This document shows positions 60,796-64,000 of a stretch of 64,000 bases of DNA, one piece after another. Each line of letters starts with the position of its first letter. Positions within the stretch are counted from its first letter, which is position 1. The stretch comes from Microthyrium microscopicum (lineage: Eukaryota). The translations under genes and the position numbers were made by a program. The DNA lies in contig MU004237.1 of NCBI GenBank assembly GCA_010405405.1, forward strand, positions 879,345-943,344, written 5' to 3'. The notes below the pieces were generated by a model that worked only from the letters and a program-made list of their open reading frames with translations, did no database searches and was not told the DNA's origin.

Positions 60796-62842
60796 ATGGC
60801 GCATTCGCCAAACTCTTCAAGCCCTGATCTGGAGGCTGCTGATCTCACAAAGACGAAAAGTCGACCAAATGGCAAACTATCGCATTGGCGGATGTTGGTT
60901 GATCAAGGGATTTTGAGTAATGAGATGGAAACACATCATTATAAGGGATCGGGGACTGAGGATGATCCATTTGCTGTTACTTGGCTGGATAATGATCCGA
61001 GAAATCCAATGACTTGGCCTTCACATTATAGATGGATGATTGTTTTGGCTATGGCGTTGTCTGTTCTTGGAGTGTCGCTGAATTCGTCCATGTACTCTGG
61101 TGGTAAGTGATACAATTACTGTTCTTGGGACATGTGTGAACTTTCTAACTTTGACAGGTGTCGCTGAATTGGATGCTCAGTATGGCGCCAGTCAGGAAGT
61201 TGGGACTCTGGGTTTATCCCTTTTCGTGTTAGGTTTTGCTATTGGCCGTAAGTCTTCAAGTATGATCAAAGCTGTCCTATACTGATTCCTTGATAGCTCT
61301 TTTCTGGGCACCACTGTCCGAAATGTTCGGTCGACAACTTCTCTTCTTTATCACCTATGGCGTCTTCACTGCGTTTAATGCTGGAGTCTGTGGTTCACAG
61401 AACATCTGGACAGTCATCATTCTACGATTCTTCGCCGGCTCCTTTGGATCCTCCCCTCTTACAAACGCCGGCGGTGTTATAGCAGATTGTTTTCCGGCCC
61501 GCGACCGTGGTCTCGCAACATCGATATTCGCCGCCGCGCCTTTCCTCGGACCTGCATTGGGCCCTATCATCGGCGGTTTCCTGGGCGAGGCAGCTGGCTG
61601 GAGATGGGTCATGGGCTTCATGGCAGCGTTTTCCGGCCTCGCCTTGATAGTCGGTGTCCTAGGTGTCCCAGAAACCTACGCTCCAGTTCTATTGCGGCAA
61701 CGAGCTAAAGCGCTCTCCAAACTTACCGGAAAACACTATGAATCGCAACTCGATATCGATCGCGGCAAGACGACACTCCCCGAAGTACTCAAGACGTCCC
61801 TCACACGCCCTTGGGTTCTGCTTTTCCGCGAGCCAATCGTCATGATCATGAGTATCTACATGGCAATCATTTACGGCACGCTCTACATGCTCTTCTCCGC
61901 ATTCCCAATCGTATACCAAGAAGGACGCGGCTGGAGCCAAGGAATCGGTGGTCTCGCGTTCATTGGCGTTCTGATCGGCATGATTGGAGCAGTAGCCTAC
62001 TCCATCTGGATCGAAAACCCACGCTACCAAAAAGTCGTCGACGCCCACGACGGCGTCGCACCACCCGAAGCCCGTCTCCCACCCGCAATCCTCGGCGGCA
62101 TCCTCCTACCCATCGGCCTCTTCTGGTTCGCATGGACGAATTCGCCAACTCTACCATGGGCCGCTAGCATTGCTGCCGGAATCCCCTTTGGATTAGGCAT
62201 GGTTCTCGTCTTCCTCAGCATAATGGTACATACCCGCCCCTCCATTTTCCCAATATCACGCACTAACATATCCAACAGAACTATCTAATAGATTCCTACA
62301 CAATCTTCGCCGCCTCCGTCCTAGCCGCCAATGCCGTCCTGCGCTCCACCTTCGGCGCTGTCTTCCCCCTCTTCACCACACAAATGTACAACGGGCTCGG
62401 CACCCATTGGGCGTCCTCCGTGCCCGGATTCCTCGCCCTCGCATGTGTGCCCGCGCCCTTTATCTTCTACAAATACGGCGCAGCCATCCGCGCGCGCTGC
62501 AAGTTTGCGGCGGAGGCGGAGGCGTTTATGACGAAGATGCGGGGCGATGCGGCGGATCATGAGGCGGAGATGCGGGCGGAGAAGGAGCCGGAGGCGTTGA
62601 CGGAGGAGGAGGAGAATGAGGAGTTGTGGGCGGAGAAACAGAGGCAGAAGGAGTTGCAGGCGGGTAATGGTGGAGAGGATGGGGCGAGGTTTGAGAGGAT
62701 TCAGACGGGTCGGAGTGGGAGGTCTCTAAGGCAGACGCAGAGTAGGGCGAGTCAGAGACAGTGGGATGATAATCCGTATACGATGGATCGGGTTAATACG
62801 AGGGAGAGCTTTCATACTAGGAAGTCTTCTTCAAGGCGGTAA
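60796..62842 (+). CDS. MFS multidrug transporter, DHA1 family
   Basis: [50 protein letters not shown]; three introns. Confidence 0.95.
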
Positions 62843-63397
62843 TGGTGGGTTGTAATTCTGGGCGCTGGTGGTGGGGGGTTTGAGATTGTATGATACCCTG
62901 ACGAAGTTGCATTTTGGAGCGTTGGAGCTTGTATTTATATGTACTAGTAATTCAAAATAATGTCTGATATTAACAGATAATAGTGTTCATGTCAATTATC
63001 TTCGAGCATCAATCGAAACCGTGAATAGTATCGGCCCGAAAAGACGTCTCCGATGCAGGCCGTTTCGGCTCAACGTTTATATTCAATGCAAACCTAACAG
63101 TGGCTGGCAATCTGTTGATAAAAAGTCATGAGTTAGAAAATGATGAGCAATAATAAAGAGACAGTTAATGATAAACCATCTGAAAAATAATTGACGATTG
63201 GATTGCTGGGTGAAAAAAGGTCTAAGTAGCTCTACGTAATTGCTGACTACGCACAACCAGAGCTCATGGTTTGTGTGCCTCCACATTTTGGCGCAACACT
63301 TTGAACCTCGACATCACCTCTACGGATCTCGCTCTGGATTTTACGCACCACTCCACAGAGCCTTTCCCGGGCTCCTGGTATCCCTCCTGCCGTCATC

Positions 63398-64000
63398 ATG
63401 CCTCAAACACTCAGCTCGAAAGACCAGGCCAATTTCCGCTCTCTGGTTCGGCTATACGAAGCAAAGCAGTACAAGAAAGGTATGTCGGCAAGCTTCTGGC
63501 CCAATAAACTCGGTTTTAAAAGACTAACCTACTGAAAATAGCTATTAAAACTGCCGACCAAATCCTCAAAAAGAACGCGAACCATGGAGAGACTGAGGCT
63601 ATGAAAGCCTTAACCATCAACTCTCAAGGAAATCAAGAAGAAGGTACATATCCTAGTCGAATATTTGTTCAATGATGAGATCGGACATTCGCGACAGTCA
63701 GAAAGGATACACGGAGAAATTGGTCGTTTCTGAGAATCATCCACTCTCTAGCCAGTAACAATTCTGGTTGAGGGTGGACGGTTTTTCAGCTGCCACTATT
63801 TTGAGCTGTCTTCACCTGCATCACGCATTCTACTGAACCTTAAACTGACAACTTCATCGCATAGCTTTCGCACTCGGAAAAGTCGCTCTCCAACATGACA
63901 TGAAAAGCCACATCACCTGGCACGTATACGGCATTCTATGGCGCAGTGTCAAGAACTACGATGAAGCCATTCGCGCCTACAAAATGGCCTTGAGAATAGA
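63398..64000 (+). CDS. NAT1: NatA auxiliary subunit (Nat1/NAA15), 5' part, runs off the window
   Basis: YEAKQYKK/AIKTADQILKK..NHGET.AMKAL; DMKSHITWHVYGIL.R..KNYDEAI.AY..AL; introns ~63480-63541 and 63645-63864. Confidence 0.95.
63667..63838 (+). ncRNA. Candidate intronic box C/D snoRNA in NAT1 intron 2
   Basis: ATGATGA 63672-63678; CTGA at 63730 and 63833; terminal stem GTTCA/TGAAC; internal hairpin 63740-63778; the intron is unusually long (220 nt). Confidence 0.5.

Overview
Filamentous ascomycete (Pezizomycotina-type) nuclear DNA with two compartments. Bases 1 to ~16,820 are an AT-rich, ORF-free block degraded by repeat-induced point mutation (RIP). It resolves into a three-layer nest: a complete 8.76-kb chromoviral Ty3/gypsy element (318-bp LTRs, GTTAA target duplication, plus a relic ~2.5-kb antisense extra ORF) sits inside an opposite-strand chromoviral gypsy element, which in turn appears to interrupt a Fot1/pogo DNA transposon. 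From ~17.9 kb there are about 21 genes, most with short GT-AG introns: a secreted unknown, xanA, a dual-specificity phosphatase with an MA3-like tail, a GNAT, a Zn2Cys6 factor, a TAP-like hydrolase, an SDR, a DUF1996-WSC protein, a small secreted Cys protein, a GPI-PEBP, PRP46, ORC1, RPL1, a dynamin-like GTPase with a possible ubiquitin-like N-terminus, a head-to-head pair of paralogous secreted proteins, a P450, an ankyrin protein, a mitochondrial HMG-box protein, an MFS transporter and the 5' part of NAT1. Non-coding highlights are a probable snR4-type box C/D RNA next to ORC1, a hairpin covering the 3' splice site of the RPL1 5'-UTR intron, a C/D-like element in a NAT1 intron, and a perfect UaY site upstream of xanA. 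All calls were made by eye; no searches or folding programs were run.
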